The notes under the pieces were generated by a model. That model searched no databases, was not told the DNA's origin, and saw only the letters and a program-made list of their open reading frames with translations. A stretch of 40,372 nt of DNA from Tolypothrix carrinoi HA7290-LM1 (GTDB lineage: Bacteria > Cyanobacteriota > Cyanobacteriia > Cyanobacteriales > Nostocaceae), in assembly GCA_019358935.1 (NCBI GenBank), contig JAHHIK010000079.1, forward strand, positions 1 to 40,372. Direction: 5' to 3'. Each line of letters opens with the position of its first letter. Positions within the stretch are counted from its first letter, which is position 1. Below are positions 37,475 to 40,372 of the stretch, one piece after another. The position numbers and the translations under genes were made by a program.

Positions 37475-38026
37475 TTAATATCCGTAAAATTCAATTTCAG
37501 TTACGCTGGAATAAGTACCGTTTGCACCTACATATTTAAAATATCGATATGCAGTAGTAATATTGAGAATTGCCTCATACCAAGTACTTGCTGTAGGAGT
37601 AGCAGGAAAGGCGTAAAGATCCGCATAACCAGTATTTTGGCTATTACTACCTTGAATTTTTGCACCTCCTGTTCTTTCGTGTACTCCGTCCTGACGCGGA
37701 TACACGCGAACTTTTGTTAGCTTTTTGGTAACACCAGAACCCAGATCCAAGCCAACATAACCACCGTCAGGATAAGCGTAATCATATGAAGTAGATAAAT
37801 TTCCATCAAAAGCACTTGGTATAGTTTGAGAAGATGAGTAAGTGGGTGTTGCACCAAAAGCTGTACCTGTTAGTTTCACGCTTTGACTTTGTGTACTTGT
37901 GCCCAAAAAAACCTTCAAAGTGGATAATTGTACTTTTGCAGTTATGCTTGCACTGTTATCCCAAATTAGTAATAAGTCATCATCTGCAAGTGTTGTTAAC
38001 TGTGGAAACTCATTGATTTTGAGCAT
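37475..38026 (-). CDS. Discoidin/F5-8 type C-like carbohydrate-binding protein with a phage-type N-terminal attachment motif
   Basis: KINEFPQLTTLADDDLLLI N-terminus; AFDGNLST, VGLDLG, KVRVYPR, IQGSN, AYRYFKY, EIEFYG. Confidence 0.78.
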   Translation of the reverse strand: MLKINEFPQLTTLADDDLLLIWDNSASITAKVQLSTLKVFLGTSTQSQSVKLTGTAFGATPTYSSSQTIPSAFDGNLSTSYDYAYPDGGYVGLDLGSGVTKKLTKVRVYPRQDGVHERTGGAKIQGSNSQNTGYADLYAFPATPTASTWYEAILNITTAYRYFKYVGANGTYSSVTEIEFYGY

Positions 38027-38360
38027 AATTATTTACAATAATTTGATGCATGATATATCGCTGGTTGTTTCTCAAAACAACAAATGGCTTCCATTCAATC
38101 ATCTTGATGAGTTCAAATGCTTCGGAATTATCAAAGAAGATAGACTGATTACTTTGATTTGTAATTGCACGGTTAAGTTCATCCGTGACAATTCCTTTAA
38201 AATTACGAGATGCAGTAATCAGTATGGCAATTAGTAAACTTTCAGCTGTGTTATTTAGTTTTGGAGTCAATTTCAGCAGCGAGGATTTTTGAATAACTAA
38301 ATTATTTTCATCTTGAAATGCCCCGATACCAAATAATTGAGTAATAGAAAGCGATTCCAT
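38010..38360 (-). CDS. Hypothetical protein, paralog of 38362-38691
   Basis: ITQLFGIGAFQDENNLVIQKSSL..LT....NTAESLLIAILI aligns with LTQVFGAGATQTATTITIAKADL.GLT....NRGESLLAGILL. Confidence 0.72.
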   Translation of the reverse strand: MESLSITQLFGIGAFQDENNLVIQKSSLLKLTPKLNNTAESLLIAILITASRNFKGIVTDELNRAITNQSNQSIFFDNSEAFELIKMIEWKPFVVLRNNQRYIMHQIIVNNYAQNQ

Positions 38361-38361
38361 T

Positions 38362-38691
38362 TTAATAATCGTCAGGGTCAATTATTGCTGAAGTGTCTAT
38401 TTTGGCGAAGTTCACAGTCAGTTGATCAACTCTGTAAGAATCGGTATTAGCTCCACGAAACGTAAAGGTGGGATAACCAGCTTCGATATAAATGCTTTGG
38501 TCTAATTCTGTTTCAAATGTGGTTTTAAGCAGTCCTGTCTTAGCTTTTAGAAGAATTCCGGCAAGCAAGCTTTCACCCCTATTTGTAGCTGATGCTGTCA
38601 AGCCTGGTAAATCAGCTTTGGCAATTGTGATTGTGGTTGCGGTCTGGGTGGCACCAGCGCCGAAAACTTGCGTTAAGGTTGGTTCTGCCAT
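38362..38691 (-). CDS. Small Ala/Thr-rich protein, first gene of the structural operon (capsid/major virion candidate)
   Basis: 109 aa, no Cys; position and composition only. Confidence 0.7.
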   Translation of the reverse strand: MAEPTLTQVFGAGATQTATTITIAKADLPGLTASATNRGESLLAGILLKAKTGLLKTTFETELDQSIYIEAGYPTFTFRGANTDSYRVDQLTVNFAKIDTSAIIDPDDY

Positions 38692-38852
38692 AAAACGGGT
38701 TTTTCATGAAGTGGATAAATCTGTTTTAATCAGCAATTAAAACTATGTAAATATTCCGGTTTTATGTAAATTCGGAACATTTACTGAGGTGTTGTAATCA
38801 TTGCTGGGATTACATTAGAGCCATATTTAACTACTAGCTAAATATACAAATA

Positions 38853-38887
38853 TTCCGGATTAACCAGTGCCAATGGTTAATCCGGAA
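38853..38887. promoter_or_regulatory. Perfect 14-bp inverted repeat with a 7-bp asymmetric spacer (lox/dif-like recombination or operator site)
   Basis: TTCCGGATTAACCA-GTGCCAA-TGGTTAATCCGGAA, 20 bp before the recombinase start; a related imperfect palindrome lies at 38747-38784. Confidence 0.65.
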
Positions 38888-38907
38888 GTGTAAAGAAGGA
38901 AAAAAGT

Positions 38908-39489
38908 TTGAAAACAGATAGACATGGACAGGCGTGTTTACTGTCCGATGCTGACTACTCTAAAATCCGCAAGCAAATCAAAAGTAAAAAATATAAATTA
39001 CTTTTTGATTTGGCTTGGTACACTGGCGAAAGATGGGGTTCGTTAGTGCAATTGCGGGTTGAGGATTGTTACAACCCGGATGGAAGTCCTAGAGATTATA
39101 TCAATTTTCGCGCTCGGACTCGCAAAGCAAGTCCCGACGGGAAACGTCAAACCCGCCAAGTATTTGTACATGCGGTTTTGCGAGAGTCACTCTCTAATTA
39201 CCAGCCAGAATCAAACTCGCCTTGGATGTTTGCTGATCGCACCGACGACAAACCGATAACCCTCAGGTGGGCTGATATGATTCTCCGATTTGCCGTCGAA
39301 AAAGCCGGCTTATCGGCTAAGGGCATCTCCACTCACAGCACCAGGAGGAGTTTCATTACCAAGCTACACCGCAACGGCACTGACTTGTACACCATCAAAA
39401 AAATTACCGGGCATAAAGATTTTAAGGCTTTGGAGCGTTATGTGGAAATTGACTCTGACCGTGTGAAGGGAGCAATCGCCGCGTTATGA
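38908..39489 (+). CDS. Tyrosine recombinase, catalytic domain only
   Basis: YTGERWG (R), RTRK (K), STHSTRRSF (HxxR), TGHKD (H), LERY (Y); TTG start after GAAGGA. Confidence 0.88.
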   Translation: MKTDRHGQACLLSDADYSKIRKQIKSKKYKLLFDLAWYTGERWGSLVQLRVEDCYNPDGSPRDYINFRARTRKASPDGKRQTRQVFVHAVLRESLSNYQPESNSPWMFADRTDDKPITLRWADMILRFAVEKAGLSAKGISTHSTRRSFITKLHRNGTDLYTIKKITGHKDFKALERYVEIDSDRVKGAIAAL

Positions 39490-39954
39490 AACTTTTACTT
39501 TATCACCAGCACTTGACGGCTAGTGCAAACTTAATTTCAGGACGCCTGCTGTTATTGGATTCAGAACAGAGCGCGATCGCTAACACCTACGTTGCCACTT
39601 CCGGACTCACTAACAATCAGAGGTTTGATTGTCTTTCGTCCCCAGGCAAAGGGCCCATTCCTGCCAATAACGTTATTGGCGTTGACTGCTACATAGTGTC
39701 CACCACACCTATATATATGCCTGGTGTTCGCGGTGTAGAAGGTAACTTTTACAAAATTAACCCGCATATGGTGACGGTTAATGGCGTGCAGCGCGGTGAC
39801 TTTGGGGTACATTTTGACGCAAACACACCGGGCAGTAGCGGATGTGTAGTGCTAAAAACCGCTGTAGGCTGGGAAGCTTCCCTTGAAAGACATGAAACTT
39901 TTATTAACAAGAGGGATTAAACAAATCCCTTTATTAGTGAGTTACAGCCGATGA
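39486..39954 (+). pseudogene. L,D-transpeptidase (YkuD/Tlde1)-like cell-wall enzyme with a probable +1 frameshift near 39880
   Basis: RGDFGVHFDANTPGSSGCVVL (H...SxGC). The alternative frame LKDMKLLLTRGIKQIPLLVSYSR* ends in an ATGA overlap with the next gene; the listed ORF ends at 39920. Confidence 0.62.
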
Positions 39955-40112
39955 ATAAACTATTTTTAAGCATAGAGGACTTTTACGCGGCACTGCAAGA
40001 GGGTGAATTTGACGAACCGCTTGCACTTGCGGCAATGCTACAAAATCTGACTGATGCGGCTTGGGAAGAAGTTGAGGAACTATATCAGCCTTCGATTCGC
40101 ATCTCGGCGTGA
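39951..40112 (+). CDS. Small acidic hypothetical protein (53 aa)
   Basis: MNKLFLSIEDFYAALQEGEFDEPLALAAMLQNLTDAAWEEVEELYQPSIRISA*; below the ORF-track cutoff. Confidence 0.55.
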   Translation: MNKLFLSIEDFYAALQEGEFDEPLALAAMLQNLTDAAWEEVEELYQPSIRISA

Positions 40113-40145
40113 GGTTATAGTGGTTTGATAATTTTGTTGCTATGG

Positions 40146-40180
40146 GTGATCGCGTGCATGTCGCGATCACTTTCTTTCTT
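40146..40180 (+). terminator. Probable intrinsic terminator of the recombinase operon
   Basis: GTGATCGCG-N7-CGCGATCAC stem followed by TTTCTTTCTT. Confidence 0.55.
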
Positions 40181-40372
40181 GCCTTAGTACTTTGGCACAA
40201 TTGTACAAAAGTCTTTATGGTGAGGTGGGAAATTAGGAATTAGGAATTGGGAATTGGTCGTGTGGTGGCGTAAACATCGAGGACGCGAGTACGCTTTTTG
40301 AGGATAGTGTCAACTAATGGGCGATTGGGTATTGTCGGTTAGTTGCCTAGATAAAAGCGCCCATTAGTTGCC

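Larger units (their letters stand above)
31772..40372. mobile_element. Integrated prophage-/virus-like element; right boundary not in the window
   Basis: Interrupts the Rpn gene; coupled operon of fibre, collagen and small structural-type genes; tyrosine recombinase; wall hydrolase; few HIP1 sites (2 seen in about 8.6 kb). Confidence 0.78.

Noticed and set aside
31730..38691. Tailocin/eCIS, gene transfer agent or inovirus assignment
   Set aside because: No sheath, tube, baseplate, HK97 capsid, terminase or Zot-like ATPase recognisable in the window.
38908..39489. Heterocyst excisase (XisA/XisC) of a nif/hup interruption element
   Set aside because: Much shorter than those enzymes, not at the element boundary, and the interrupted gene is not a heterocyst gene.

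Overview
AT-rich DNA from a filamentous, most likely heterocyst-forming cyanobacterium (Nostocales-like: frequent HIP1 GCGATCGC, heptamer STRR tracts, patD next to relA/spoT). It has three zones. (1) 1-18.1 kb is mostly ordinary chromosome: ArnT-type glycosyltransferase, ycf20, GLYK glycerate kinase, spore photoproduct lyase, SelO, SMI1/KNR4, GNATs, RSH, patD and an ABC ATPase, plus an internally deleted type ISP R-M gene. (2) 18.2-26.7 kb is a patchwork accessory island downstream of chlH. It holds toxin-antitoxin pairs and orphans, two Uma2 paralogs bracketing a decayed HgiCII/HgiBI-like type II R-M system, a 21-bp HIP1 repeat array, and a rolling-circle plasmid fragment (rep 3' end, AlkB-like gene, three 42-bp repeats). 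It also holds a synonymously diverged duplicate of the chlH 3' end, and many junctions coincide with HIP1 sites. (3) From about 31.77 kb to the right edge lies a compact virus-like integrated element that interrupts an Rpn/DUF4351 gene at its catalytic motif. It carries a tightly coupled 11-gene structural-type operon (collagen, discoidin and fibre proteins, small paralogous capsid candidates, membrane proteins) with no recognisable terminase, portal or tail genes in view. Divergent from it are a minimal tyrosine recombinase preceded by a perfect lox-like palindrome and an L,D-transpeptidase-like hydrolase. All family calls come from motif recognition by eye; no searches were run.
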